Below the pieces are notes generated by a model. That model did no database searches and was not told the origin of the DNA. It saw nothing but the letters and a program-made list of their open reading frames with translations. Of a stretch of 64,000 nucleotides of DNA, positions 26,391 to 35,912 are shown piece by piece. Origin of the DNA: Planctomycetota bacterium. Lineage in GTDB: Bacteria; Planctomycetota; Phycisphaerae; Phycisphaerales; SM1A02. The position numbers and the translations under genes are program-made. The first letter of the stretch is position 1, and every line of letters starts with the position of its first letter. The stretch lies in the NCBI GenBank assembly GCA_041183345.1, contig JBEGLX010000001.1, positions 19,274 to 83,273 on the forward strand, given 5' to 3'.

Positions 26391-28502
26391 ATGGAGACTG
26401 CATTGAAGGAACGGAAGCCCAGGTCGGACGGGAAGCGCCGTGGCGCCACCGCCGAGGAGATGTCGGCAAAGCAGAAGGAAGTGTCGGTGAGCGAGTTCTT
26501 CGTGAAGAACCGCCACCTCCTCGGCTTCGACAACCCGCGCAAGGCGCTGCTGACCACGGTCAAGGAGGCCGTCGACAACTCGCTCGATGCATGCGAGGAG
26601 GGCGGCATCCTGCCCGACATCGCGGTCATCATCGAGGACCTGGATCCACGGCGACCGCCCACGGCGAAGAGCTCGCGCTACCGAGTGACCGTGATTGACA
26701 ACGGCCCAGGCATCGTCCGCAAGCAGGTGGAGAACATCTTCGGCCGCCTGCTCTACGGATCGAAGTTCCATCGCTTGAAGATGTCGCGTGGCCAGCAGGG
26801 CATCGGCATCTCCGCCGCCGGCATGAACGGCCTCATCACCACGGGTCGCCCGATGGTGATCCATACCAAGCCAAGCGCGAAGCAGCCCGCTCACCTGATC
26901 GAGCTGGCGATGAACACCAAGACGAACCGCGCCGAGGTCACGCTGGACAAGGAGACGAAGGACTTTCCTCCCGAGCGATTCCGCGCGCTCTCCTCGGGCA
27001 CCAAGCAGCTGTCGAACGAAGGCGTGTTCCTGCCGCTTGAGTCCTTCGCGACAGGAACGAGCGTCTCGATCGAGCTCGATGGCAAGTATCAGAAGGGCCG
27101 CGGCTCTGTCGACGAGTTCCTCGAGCTCACGGCGATCGCGAATCCGCATGCGCGGATCGTGTTCGTGCCGCCGTCGCGCATCACCCAGGAGGATGCAGAC
27201 GACCTGCTGCCGGGCACAAGCGCAGCCGCCGCCCAGGAGGCGAAGTCCGACGCACCAGCGCAGACATCGGAGACGGGTGGCGTGATCGTGTTCCCGCGCG
27301 GTGTGCAGGAGCTTCCGCCGGAGACCAAGGAGATCCAGCCGCACCCGAAGGGCATCGAGCTCGGGATCCTCCTGCAGATGATCAAGGACTACGAGGCGAG
27401 CGAGAAGGGCTCGCTGTACGAGTTCCTCCAGACGCGCTTCTGCCGCGTGTCGTCCACGACCGCAAGCAAGTTCTGCGCCGCGATCGGCGTCACGAGTCGC
27501 ACGAAGTGCGCCGACATCGAGCCGCCGCAGGTCGAGAAGCTGTTCAAGGTCTTCGAGGACGAGCGGCTTGCGCCGCCGCCGACCGACTGCCTCGCGCCGA
27601 TCGGCGTGCGCCAGCTGCTCGCGGGCATGCTGAAGGGCGTGAAGGCTGAGTTCTACGCGGCCTCCACGCGTGACGCTGCGGTGTACCGCGGCCGCCCCTT
27701 TCAGATCGAGGCCGCGATCGCGTTCGGCGGCGATCTTCCCGCCGACCAGCCCGGGCGCGTCATCCGCTTCGCGAACCGCGTGCCGCTCCTCTTCCAGCAG
27801 AGCGCCTGCTCGAGCTTCAAGGCCGTCGAGGAGACGCCGTGGAAGAACTACGCGATGCAGCAGCCGCGCGGCAGCCTTCCGATCGGTCCGCTGGTCGTGA
27901 TGATCCACATGGCAAGCGTGTGGGTGCCGTTCACGAGCGAGTCGAAGGAGGCGATCGCCGACTACGACGAGATCCGCAAGGAGATGAAGCTCGCGCTCAT
28001 GGAGTGCGGGCGCAAGCTCGGCACCTATCTGCGCAAGCGCCAGAAGATGCGCCGCGAGAGCGAGCGCCGAGACGTGTTCGAGCGCTACATCGGGGAGATC
28101 TCGAAGGCGCTCAATGCGATCACGGGCGAGGACACGAAGAAGCTCTACAACGCGCTGCTCGAGCAGGCGCGCAGGAAGACCGCGGTCGCCGACCAGGAGC
28201 TCGACGAGGACGGCAAGGTGCGCAAGCAGGACGAGGACGACTCGGACGACGAGGGCGTGATCATCGTCGAGAGCGCCATCCCGACCATGGAGAGCATCGC
28301 GCCCGTCTCGGCGCCGGTCTTCGACGAGCCCGCGAAGGGCGCAAAGCCTGGGAAGGCCGCGAAGGCAGAGAAGCCGGCGAAGTCCGAAGGCCCCGCGATC
28401 AAGACCAAGAAGGACCTGGAATCACGGAAGTCCGAGGCAAGCCCGGCTGCGAAGCCGAAGCCGGCCAAGGGCTTCGATGACGACGATCCACGACTCTTCT
28501 GA
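26391..28502 (+). CDS. top6B: DNA topoisomerase VI subunit B (GHKL ATPase) with a Lys/Ala/Pro-rich C-terminal tail
   Basis: Bergerat-fold motifs EAVDNSLDA, DNGPGI and GQQGIGIS, with transducer-length body. ATG at 26391 has GGAG 6 nt upstream. The ATG at 26370 and the GTG at 26310 are alternatives. Confidence 0.85.
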   Translation: METALKERKPRSDGKRRGATAEEMSAKQKEVSVSEFFVKNRHLLGFDNPRKALLTTVKEAVDNSLDACEEGGILPDIAVIIEDLDPRRPPTAKSSRYRVTVIDNGPGIVRKQVENIFGRLLYGSKFHRLKMSRGQQGIGISAAGMNGLITTGRPMVIHTKPSAKQPAHLIELAMNTKTNRAEVTLDKETKDFPPERFRALSSGTKQLSNEGVFLPLESFATGTSVSIELDGKYQKGRGSVDEFLELTAIANPHARIVFVPPSRITQEDADDLLPGTSAAAAQEAKSDAPAQTSETGGVIVFPRGVQELPPETKEIQPHPKGIELGILLQMIKDYEASEKGSLYEFLQTRFCRVSSTTASKFCAAIGVTSRTKCADIEPPQVEKLFKVFEDERLAPPPTDCLAPIGVRQLLAGMLKGVKAEFYAASTRDAAVYRGRPFQIEAAIAFGGDLPADQPGRVIRFANRVPLLFQQSACSSFKAVEETPWKNYAMQQPRGSLPIGPLVVMIHMASVWVPFTSESKEAIADYDEIRKEMKLALMECGRKLGTYLRKRQKMRRESERRDVFERYIGEISKALNAITGEDTKKLYNALLEQARRKTAVADQELDEDGKVRKQDEDDSDDEGVIIVESAIPTMESIAPVSAPVFDEPAKGAKPGKAAKAEKPAKSEGPAIKTKKDLESRKSEASPAAKPKPAKGFDDDDPRLF

Positions 28503-28531
28503 ACAGGCAGCCGACCGCAAGGAAGCAACAC

Positions 28532-29647
28532 ATGGCAAAGAAGACCACCAAGGCCGAGCGCGATGCGCGGACGCAGCAGAAGATCGAGGCGCTCGCTGGC
28601 GAGATCGCGAAGCGCGCGCTGAGCGGCCGCGAGCCTGCCGTCGAGATCCCGACCCGCACCAAGTCGAACACGATCTGGAACAGGAAGAAGGGCATCCTCG
28701 AGATGGGCGACGGCACCGCCGAGCGCCCGCTCTTCGACCTGAAGACGGCGAAGCAGTTCATGCAGACGATGCTGCATGCGAGCACGATCCAGGACCTCAT
28801 CGCGGCGGGCAAGACCAGCAGCCTCCGTGGCGTGTTCTACAAGGCGAAGCACACCGTCGCGGGCACGAAGGAGAACACCTTCGACACGCAGGATGAATCA
28901 GACCCGATCCTGGAGGACCTCGAGGTGCTTCTCGCCGCGCTGCGCGAGGAACTGCACATCTTCGCGGAGAACCGCGGCGCGATGGTCGGCAACATCACCA
29001 TCGTCGACAAGGGCGACGAGATCGACTGCCGGCGCATGGGCTCGGGCGGCTACGCGATGCCGTCGATCGTCGAGCCCGACATCATCCAGTTCAAGAAGTG
29101 CGAGGCGAAGTTCGTCCTGCATGTCGAGAAAGGCACGGTCTGGAATCGGTTCAACGAGGACCGCTTCTGGGAGAAGCACAACTGCATCCTGACACACGGC
29201 GCAGGTCAGCCGCCGCGCGGTTGCCGTCGCCTGCTGCAGCGGTTGCACCAGGAGCTCAAGCTGCCGATCATCTGCGTGCTCGACAACGATCCGTGGGGGC
29301 ATTACATCTACAGCGTCATCAAGCAGGGCTCGATCTCGCTTGCGTTCGAGAGCTCGCGACTGGCGATTCCCGATGCGAAGTTCCTCGGCATCCGCGCCAA
29401 GGATTACCGCCAGTGCGGCCTCGACGAGGCGGTGAAGATCGACCTGACGGACAATGACATCAAGCGCGCCAAGGAGATCGCGGCGTACCCGTGGTTCGAA
29501 GGGCACAAGGGCTGGCAGCGGGAGATCGATGCGATGCTGGCCAACGGCTTCAAGATGGAAGTCGAGTCGCTCATCACGAAGGACATCTCCTATGTGAGCG
29601 AGACGTACGTGCCCGAGCGGTTGAAGGCCAAAGACTGGCTTGAATAG
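28532..29647 (+). CDS. top6A: DNA topoisomerase VI subunit A (Spo11 family)
   Basis: 371 aa. SLRGVFYKAKH (catalytic Tyr context). Toprim Glu in FVLHVEKGTVW and DxD in CVLDNDPWGHYI. Confidence 0.85.
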   Translation: MAKKTTKAERDARTQQKIEALAGEIAKRALSGREPAVEIPTRTKSNTIWNRKKGILEMGDGTAERPLFDLKTAKQFMQTMLHASTIQDLIAAGKTSSLRGVFYKAKHTVAGTKENTFDTQDESDPILEDLEVLLAALREELHIFAENRGAMVGNITIVDKGDEIDCRRMGSGGYAMPSIVEPDIIQFKKCEAKFVLHVEKGTVWNRFNEDRFWEKHNCILTHGAGQPPRGCRRLLQRLHQELKLPIICVLDNDPWGHYIYSVIKQGSISLAFESSRLAIPDAKFLGIRAKDYRQCGLDEAVKIDLTDNDIKRAKEIAAYPWFEGHKGWQREIDAMLANGFKMEVESLITKDISYVSETYVPERLKAKDWLE

Positions 29648-29680
29648 AGCGCTGTCGGCGTATTGGATCGCTCGCAACTG

Positions 29681-29722
29681 GCGACGCGCTGATGCGGGCG
29701 TGGCCCGCATCAGGTGCGTCGC
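29681..29722 (+). terminator. Extended GC-rich stem-loop after top6A (putative terminator)
   Basis: CTGATGCGGGC / GCCCGCATCAG (29689-29713, 3-nt loop), extended by GCGACGC / GCGTCGC (29681-87 and 29716-22). The T-tract that follows is only weak (CTTTGCTC). Confidence 0.45.
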
Positions 29723-29786
29723 CTTTGCTCGCCTTGGCGATATGCGTGTCAGGAGCGCCGTCGCGATTCACTCGCGCGGCGCTCGT

Positions 29787-30010
29787 CCAGAGGGAGCCGC
29801 CGCAGCGGCGACCGCTTCAATCACGAGTGCCTGCAGATGAAGGCAACGCCGAAATCTGCGGAACCACTTGCTTGAGGAGTCGGTTGGCCGATTCGGAACA
29901 TGGACTCCCACGCACGTGGTTCCGCAGACTTCGTCTGCGGGCACCCATTGCAAACGGACTCCGACGCTCCCAAGCACCAGAAGGGGCCGCCGCAGCGGCG
30001 ACCGATCAAT
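29787..30010. repeat. Two copies of an approximately 34-nt direct repeat flanking a 13-bp inverted repeat and a competing hairpin
   Basis: Copy A, 29787-29821: CCAGAGGGAGCCGCCGCAGCGGCGACCGCTTCAAT. Copy B, 29977-30010: CCAGAAGGGGCCGCCGCAGCGGCGACCGATCAAT. Inverted repeat TCTGCGGAACCAC (29855-67) / GTGGTTCCGCAGA (29916-28). Hairpin CCGCAGA-CTTCG-TCTGCGG (29922-40). Confidence 0.8.
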
Positions 30011-30911
30011 TCTTGCGTTCGGCCCGCTTGAAGAGGCGATCGAGCACGGTCTTGCGTGCGTCGTCCTCGGAGTGGTCGCTGCTGTCCGCCGCGGGTCCGC
30101 CGACTGGCAGTCGGACGGTGAAGTCCGTTCCCTTTCCGACCTCGCTGAAGAGGTCGATGCGCCCGCCGTGCTCCTCGACGATGCGGCGCGTCACAGCGAG
30201 CCCGAGCCCAGTGCCGCCCTTTCGCCCAGTGACGTAGGGTCGGAAGATCTCAGCGTGCTTCTCGGGCGGGATGCCCGGTCCTGTATCGATCACATGGATG
30301 GCGACGGTCCCCGGCTGGCTTTCGAGCCGGACGAGGAGCTCTCGCGGCGCGGAGTCGCTGGTCGCCATCGCTTGATTCGCATTGATGAGCAGGTTCAGGA
30401 GCGCTTGCTTCACCAGCGCAGGGTCCACGCGCGCGATGGTCTCGGCAGCGGGAATGTCGGCGCGGAGCACCACTCGGTGGATCTCGCATTGGGGGCGGTA
30501 GAAGTCGACCAGCTCCTCCACGATCTCGCGGGTGTCGATCTCGACGGGCGCGAGCTTGATGCGTCCCGCGAAGCGGAGGAAGTCGTTGAGGATGTTGGCA
30601 AGTCGCGTGGCCTCGCGGCTCACCGTCTCCACCCGCCGGACGAGCGTCGCCTTGTCGTCCTCCGGAAGCTGCGAGTCGCTGATCGCCTCGCTCGCAAGCT
30701 GGACGTTGAGCCCGATCGTGGAGAGCGGGTTCTTGATCTCGTGGGCAAGGCCTCCGGTGAGCGCGCCAAGCTCGGCGAGCCGCTCCTGTCGGCGCGCCCG
30801 CTCCTCCGCCGCACGAAGGCGCACGAGGCGCCGCGTGATCAGCGAGGCCGTCACGAGGAGCGCAGCGGCTCCACCAGCGGTTGCTCCGAGTGCGAACGAG
30901 CCCCAGTCCAT
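30006..30911 (-). CDS. Sensor histidine kinase (one TM segment, coiled coil, HisKA, HATPase_c); no adjacent response regulator
   Basis: H-box LAHEIKNPLSTI. N, G1 and G2 boxes (LLINANQAM, DTGPGI, GTGLGLAV). N-terminal TM segment GATAGGAAALLVTASLI. Confidence 0.85.
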   Translation of the reverse strand: MDWGSFALGATAGGAAALLVTASLITRRLVRLRAAEERARRQERLAELGALTGGLAHEIKNPLSTIGLNVQLASEAISDSQLPEDDKATLVRRVETVSREATRLANILNDFLRFAGRIKLAPVEIDTREIVEELVDFYRPQCEIHRVVLRADIPAAETIARVDPALVKQALLNLLINANQAMATSDSAPRELLVRLESQPGTVAIHVIDTGPGIPPEKHAEIFRPYVTGRKGGTGLGLAVTRRIVEEHGGRIDLFSEVGKGTDFTVRLPVGGPAADSSDHSEDDARKTVLDRLFKRAERKN

Positions 30912-30984
30912 GCGTCAAAGCGTATCAGCGGCCCCTCGCGTCATGCGAGTGCGGACGACTCTCTCTTCCACGACGAATCGCGGA

Positions 30985-31266
30985 TCACTCGGCGACGCGG
31001 ACGCGGTTCCCTGGGCGTTCCGCAGGCGGAACACGGGTTCCGAGCGACTTCGCCTTGGTGGCCGACCAACCCTTGTCGCCGTTGCTTGCGGAGTACAGCA
31101 CGCGCTCTCCATCACGGAGTGCGCGGAAACCTTCCGCCTGCTCGATCACGGAGAAGTGGACGAAGATGTCTTGGCCTTCCGGCCCGACAATGAAGCCGAA
31201 ACCCTTGCGGGCGTCGAACCACTTGACGACCCCTTCGACATCATTGAGTGTCTGTGCACCTGCCAT
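30985..31266 (-). CDS. cspA: Cold-shock domain protein with a short C-terminal extension
   Basis: From the ATG at 31266: MAGAQTLNDVEGVVKWFDARKGFGFIVGPEGQDIFVHFSVI, containing RNP1 (KGFGFI) and RNP2 (VFVHF)-like motifs. Confidence 0.85.
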   Translation of the reverse strand: MAGAQTLNDVEGVVKWFDARKGFGFIVGPEGQDIFVHFSVIEQAEGFRALRDGERVLYSASNGDKGWSATKAKSLGTRVPPAERPGNRVRVAE

Positions 31267-31390
31267 CACTGAGCTCCAAGAGCCATCGCTCGCGTGGTTC
31301 AATTGGCGGCAACGCGTCCGCCAAAATCTATTGTGCGCGGGGAACAGCCGCTCTGCAAGCGTCTGCGGCGATGTCTCCGAGGTTTCTTGG

Positions 31391-31431
31391 GAAAAACAAA
31401 GCGGGCGCGACTTGTCGAGAGTCGCGCCCGC
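31391..31431 (-). terminator. Intrinsic terminator of pnp
   Basis: 12-bp stem GCGGGCGCGACT / AGTCGCGCCCGC (31401-31431). It is followed on the minus strand by TTTGTTTTTC (complement of 31391-31400). Confidence 0.75.
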
Positions 31432-31489
31432 ATGTTGACATTCTTCTCAAGGGCAACCCAGAGCGAGGGTTGCGTCTTTTTGACCTTGA

Positions 31490-33643
31490 TTAGCCCTTGT
31501 TCGCCGGCTCCGGGGGAGTCAGCATCGCCTTGCGCGAGAGCTTGATGCGGCCGTTGTCGTCGATGTTGATGACCTTCACGGTCACCACGTCGCCGACCTT
31601 CACGACCTCATCGACCTTCTTCACGTAGCCATGGGCGAGCTCGCTCACGTGGCACATGCCGTCGGTGCCAGCAGCGAGCTCGACGAAGCAGCCGAACTCC
31701 TTGATGGCGACGACCTTGCCCGTGTACACGGCGCCGACCTTGATCTCGGCTCCGAGCGCCTCGACCGCGGCCTTGGCCATGGCGGCCTTCTCGGCGTCCG
31801 CCGACGCGATGAAGACGGTTCCGTCCTCCTCGACGTCGATCTTGGCGCCGGTGGTCTCCTGGATGCCGCGGATGGTCTTGCCGCCGGGGCCGATGAGCTT
31901 GCCGATCTTCTCGGGGTCGATCTTGACGATCGTGATGCGCGGTGCGATCGGGGAGATGTCCGGACGCGGCTTGGCGATCACCTTCTCCATCTCGGCGATG
32001 ATGTGGAGACGGCCTTCCTTCGCCTGCTCGAAGATCTTCTCGATCTCAGCGACCGAGAGGCCGCGGGCCTTGAGGTCGAGCTGGATTCCGGTGATGCCCT
32101 CGCGGGTGCCCGAGACCTTGAAGTCCATCTCGCCGAAGAAGTCCTCCTCGCCGATGATGTCGGTCACGTGGGTGATCTTGCCATCGGTGTCGGTGAAGCG
32201 ACCGACCGAGATGCCGGCGCAGGTGTTGCGGATGGGGACGCCCGCGTCCATGAGCGCGAGGCAGCCGCCGCAGACGCTCGCCATCGACGACGAGCCGTTC
32301 GACTCGGTGATGTCGCTGACGAGGCGGATGGTGTAGGGGAAGTCGTCCGACGTCGGCAGGATGCCGAGCAGCGAGCGCTCGGCGAGCGCGCCGTGGCCGA
32401 TCTCGCGGCGGCCGGGGCCCATGATGCGGCCAGCTTCGCCCGTGCAGAACGGCGGGAAGTTGTAGTGGAGGTAGAACTTCTTGGCGTACTCGGAGAGGAG
32501 GCCGTCGACGATCTGCTCGTCCTGCTTGGTGCCGAGCGTGCACGTGACGAGCGACTGTGTCTCGCCGCGCTGGAAGAACGCCGAGCCGTGGGTGCGCGGG
32601 AAGAGCGCGACCGACATGTCGAGGTCGCGGATCTGGTTGAGCTTGCGACCGTCGGCGCGGATCGAGTGCTGCGCCACCAGGTAGTGGGTGATCTTCTTCT
32701 CGAGGAGGCGGAGGGCCTCCTTGGCCTGCTTCTGCTTCTTCTCCGCCTCCATGTGGTCGGAGTAGGGGATGCCGGCGGGGATCGAGAAGTGCGTCTTGAT
32801 GACGTCGCCCTTGATGGCGTCGACGGCGTCGTTGCGCTCCTTCTTGCCCTTGATCTTGCGGGCCTCGAGGAGACGGTCGTATGCCGCCTCCTTGACCTTC
32901 TTCATGACCTCGTCGCTCGGGGTGTTCAGCTCGCCCATGCGAACGGCGGGGGCGCCGCACTTCGCGCGGAGCTCCTCCATGAGCTCGAGGATGGGCTTGA
33001 TGCCCTCCTCGAGACCGAACTTGATCGCGGCGACCATGGTGGCCTCCGAGACCTCGGCGGCGCCGACTTCGATCATGTTCACGCCGTCCTTATGGCCGGA
33101 GAGCACGAGGTCGAGGTCGCTGAACTCCATCTGCGCCTGGGTCGGGTTGATGACGAAGCGCTCGCCCTGCTCGGTGATGATGCGGGCGACGCGGACGGTC
33201 GCGACCGGGCCGAGGTAGGGGGCGTCGGTGATGTAGAGCGCGGCCGAGGCAGCGGTGCAGGCGAGCACGTCGCTGTCGTTCTGGCCGTCATGCGACATGA
33301 CCCACGCCTGGAGCTGGATCTCGTCGCAGAAGCCCTCGGGGAAGAGCGGACGGATCGGGCGATCCATCATGCGCATCGTGAGGACTTCCTTCTCGTTCGG
33401 CTGGCCCTCGCGCTTGCGGAAGCCGCCGGGGAACTTGCCGGCGGCGCCGGTCTTCTCGCGGTAATCGCAGGTGAGGGGGAAGAAGTCGATGCCCGCGCGC
33501 GGATTGGCGCGGACGCAGGTCGCGAGGACCCAGGTGTCGGCGTACGAAGCGATGACGGCGCCGCTCGCGAGCTTCGCGACGCGGCCGGTCTCGAAGCGGA
33601 GCGTGCGCCCGCCGATGACCTTCTCTACGACTGTGACTGCCAT
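31490..33643 (-). CDS. pnp: Polyribonucleotide nucleotidyltransferase (PNPase)
   Basis: MAVTVVEKVIGGRTLRFETGRVAKLASGAV... with two RNase PH domains, KH (GPGGKTIRGIQE) and S1 (VYTGKVVAIKEFGCFVEL). The ATG at 33643 is preceded by GGAGA. The longer ORF-track N-terminus is unlikely. Confidence 0.92.
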   Translation of the reverse strand: MAVTVVEKVIGGRTLRFETGRVAKLASGAVIASYADTWVLATCVRANPRAGIDFFPLTCDYREKTGAAGKFPGGFRKREGQPNEKEVLTMRMMDRPIRPLFPEGFCDEIQLQAWVMSHDGQNDSDVLACTAASAALYITDAPYLGPVATVRVARIITEQGERFVINPTQAQMEFSDLDLVLSGHKDGVNMIEVGAAEVSEATMVAAIKFGLEEGIKPILELMEELRAKCGAPAVRMGELNTPSDEVMKKVKEAAYDRLLEARKIKGKKERNDAVDAIKGDVIKTHFSIPAGIPYSDHMEAEKKQKQAKEALRLLEKKITHYLVAQHSIRADGRKLNQIRDLDMSVALFPRTHGSAFFQRGETQSLVTCTLGTKQDEQIVDGLLSEYAKKFYLHYNFPPFCTGEAGRIMGPGRREIGHGALAERSLLGILPTSDDFPYTIRLVSDITESNGSSSMASVCGGCLALMDAGVPIRNTCAGISVGRFTDTDGKITHVTDIIGEEDFFGEMDFKVSGTREGITGIQLDLKARGLSVAEIEKIFEQAKEGRLHIIAEMEKVIAKPRPDISPIAPRITIVKIDPEKIGKLIGPGGKTIRGIQETTGAKIDVEEDGTVFIASADAEKAAMAKAAVEALGAEIKVGAVYTGKVVAIKEFGCFVELAAGTDGMCHVSELAHGYVKKVDEVVKVGDVVTVKVINIDDNGRIKLSRKAMLTPPEPANKG

Positions 33644-33829
33644 GTGTGTCTCCATCTGCCGCGGTCTGCGCGGCTCTCTCAGGGAAAATGAATGTGTGTC
33701 GTGGCTCGCCGGCGCGCGAACGTCACAGCACCGGCGCGAGGCGCCGCGGCTGCGGTCGAGCGTGGGAGGAGTGCGGCGAGGCCGCGCAAGGAAGTCCGCC
33801 AACGACGCCGCGAGCGCGGCGCGTCGGGT

Positions 33830-34081
33830 TTACTTGCGGAGGCCGAGCTTCTTGATCAGCGCGAGGTAGCCCTCGCGGTCGGTGGTCGCCATGTACTTGA
33901 GCAGGCGGTTGCGCTTGCCAACGAGCAGGAGCAGGCCGCGGCGCGACGCGTGGTCCTTCTTGTGGGTCTTGAAGTGGTCCTGCAGCTCGTTGATGCGAGC
34001 CGTGATGGACGCGACCTGGACTTCGGTCGAGCCGGTGTCCTTGGCGTGGCGGCGAGTGCTGCTGACGAGGGTGTTGCTCAT
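33830..34081 (-). CDS. rpsO: 30S ribosomal protein S15
   Basis: 83 aa from the ATG at 34081: [64 protein letters not shown]... The remainder of ORF 33830..34609 is spurious. Confidence 0.92.
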   Translation of the reverse strand: MSNTLVSSTRRHAKDTGSTEVQVASITARINELQDHFKTHKKDHASRRGLLLLVGKRNRLLKYMATTDREGYLALIKKLGLRK

Positions 34082-34268
34082 ATGTCTTCGTTCTCTGATG
34101 GGCGGCATTCCCGCCGCCGTTGCTTCTGACCTTTGAAGAGGATCGGAGAGGATAGCGGAAGCCGCGGCAGGCACGCAAGAGGGCATCGAAACAGGCTGGA
34201 CGTTCAGAAATGGTTCTCGGAACTGACTTGCGGGGGAAGGCCGCGGGTTTTGTCTATTCTCCAAGCCC

Positions 34269-35912
34269 ATGACCGCAGCCCCCACCGCGCTCGAGACCGC
34301 CACCGCTGAGTACTTCGCAGAGGCAGCGAAGATCGAGGAAGGCGGTGGCAAGTCGGGCATCGAACGGCAGCACCGCAATGGCCGCCTCACGGCGCGCGAG
34401 CGCATGGCGCTGCTCGCGGACAAGGGCACGCGCGCGATGGAGTGCGGGCTGTTCAGCGCATGGCGGATGTACAAGGAGTACGGCGGCGCGCCTGCCGCGG
34501 GCGTGGTGACCTCGATCGCGGAGATCGACGGGCGTCTGGCGATGGTGATCGCGAACGATGCCACCGTGAAGGCGGGCGCGTTCTTTCCGATGACCTGCAA
34601 GAAGATCATCCGCGCGCAGGCGATCGCCGAGCGAGCACGGCTGCCGCTTGTCTACCTCGTGGACAGCGCGGGCGTGTTCCTGCCGCTCCAGGAGGATGTG
34701 TTTCCCGACACCGACGACTTCGGGCGCATCTTCCGCAACAACGCGGTGATCAGCGCGCAGGGGATTCCGCAGATCGCCGCGATCATGGGCAACTGCGTCG
34801 CCGGTGGCGGCTACCTGCCCGTGCTTTGCGACACGCTCCTCATGACCGAGGGCAGCGGGCTCTACCTCGCTGGTCCCGCGCTGGTCAAGGCCGCGATAGG
34901 ACAGGACGTCTCGAGCGAGGAGCTCGGCGGCGCCGAGATGCATGCCCAGATCTCGGGCACGATCGATTTCCGCGAGAAGGATGATCCCGCCTGCATCGAG
35001 CGGCTGCGCCGCGTGTTCAGCGCGGTGCGTACGGCGCCTGCGAAGGCGCGCGCGCCGTTTGCCGCGGTGGCGCCGAAGCGCCCGGCGACCGATGTGACGA
35101 GCGTGTTCCGCGCCGAGCCGGGCGCGCAGTACGACATGGTCGAGCTGCTCTCCTGCTTCGTGGATGCGGAGAGCTTCGATGAGTACCGCGCCGAGTACGG
35201 GCGGTCGCTTGTATGCGGATACGCGCGCGTCGCGGGGTTTCCCTGCGGGATCGTGGCGAACCAGAAGAAGCTCACGCAGCGCAAGATGCCGGGCGGCAAG
35301 GCGGGTCCGTCGAGCGCCAGCAACATGCCGGCGGTGATCTACGACGACAGCGCCGACAAGGCCGCGCGCTTCATCATGGACTGCAACCAGAAGGGGCTGC
35401 CGATCGTGTTCGTGACCGACACCACGGGCTTCATGGTGGGCCGCGACAGCGAGCAGGGCGGCATCATCCGCTCGGGCGCGAAGATGGTGAACGCGATGTC
35501 GAACTGCGTGGTGCCGAAGATCTCGCTGGTCGTCGGCGGCTCGTATGGCGCAGGCAACTATGCCATGTGCGGACGCGCGTTCGATCCGCTGCTGACCCTC
35601 GCGTGGCCGGGTGCGCGCTTCGCCGTGATGGGCGCCGCGCAGGCGGCGGGCACGCTGCTCTCGATCGATCTCGCCGCTCGCGAGCGCAAGGGCGAGAAGA
35701 TCGACGAGGAGATGCGCAAGCAGCTTCTGGCTGCGATCTCGGCGAGCTACAACGAACAGCAGGACATCCGCTACGCAGCGAGCCGGGGCTGGGTCGATCG
35801 CATCATCGACCCGAAGGAGACTCGCGAGGAGCTGGCGCTTGCGCTCGCTGTGGCTGCGCAGGCGCCGATGCAGCCGAGCGGCGTCTACCGCACGGGCGTG
35901 CTGCAGACGTGA
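34269..35912 (+). CDS. Acyl-CoA carboxylase carboxyltransferase (beta) subunit; substrate not assignable
   Basis: 547 aa. Carboxyl-transferase pattern ([63 protein letters not shown]). No biotin carboxylase or BCCP gene is adjacent. Confidence 0.8.
   Translation: MTAAPTALETATAEYFAEAAKIEEGGGKSGIERQHRNGRLTARERMALLADKGTRAMECGLFSAWRMYKEYGGAPAAGVVTSIAEIDGRLAMVIANDATVKAGAFFPMTCKKIIRAQAIAERARLPLVYLVDSAGVFLPLQEDVFPDTDDFGRIFRNNAVISAQGIPQIAAIMGNCVAGGGYLPVLCDTLLMTEGSGLYLAGPALVKAAIGQDVSSEELGGAEMHAQISGTIDFREKDDPACIERLRRVFSAVRTAPAKARAPFAAVAPKRPATDVTSVFRAEPGAQYDMVELLSCFVDAESFDEYRAEYGRSLVCGYARVAGFPCGIVANQKKLTQRKMPGGKAGPSSASNMPAVIYDDSADKAARFIMDCNQKGLPIVFVTDTTGFMVGRDSEQGGIIRSGAKMVNAMSNCVVPKISLVVGGSYGAGNYAMCGRAFDPLLTLAWPGARFAVMGAAQAAGTLLSIDLAARERKGEKIDEEMRKQLLAAISASYNEQQDIRYAASRGWVDRIIDPKETREELALALAVAAQAPMQPSGVYRTGVLQT

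Noticed and set aside
25763-26662. 299-aa extended ndk ORF, 259-aa extended rpsO ORF (33830..34609) and 562-aa extended PEP-CTERM ORF (35913..37601)
   Set aside because: In each case family similarity begins at an internal ATG. The N-terminal extension is Arg/Ser/Ala-rich, overlaps neighbouring genes or the repeat array, and lacks coding signal.
25878-27908. 676-aa minus-strand ORF
   Set aside because: It is antisense to top6B and overlaps ndk out of frame. The plus-strand frame has unambiguous GHKL motifs.
26391-29647. Top6A/Top6B pair as a disguised defence module (Toprim plus GHKL, Wadjet or OLD-like)
   Set aside because: Both proteins are full-length with complete Topo VI catalytic motifs, including the transducer-length B subunit and the Spo11-type Tyr context. 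The neighbours are housekeeping genes. I see no SMC/JetABC-like or nuclease partners.
31451-31481. Second hairpin GCAACCC/GGGTTGC followed by GTCTTTTTG just after the pnp stop
   Set aside because: The stem is only 7 bp and the T-tract is on the plus strand, where no upstream gene would use it. The stronger minus-strand terminator at 31391-31431 explains pnp termination. It may be a minor bidirectional element, so I did not call it.
31631-33691. 686-aa plus-strand ORF
   Set aside because: It is antisense to pnp, which has full-length PNPase motifs on the minus strand.
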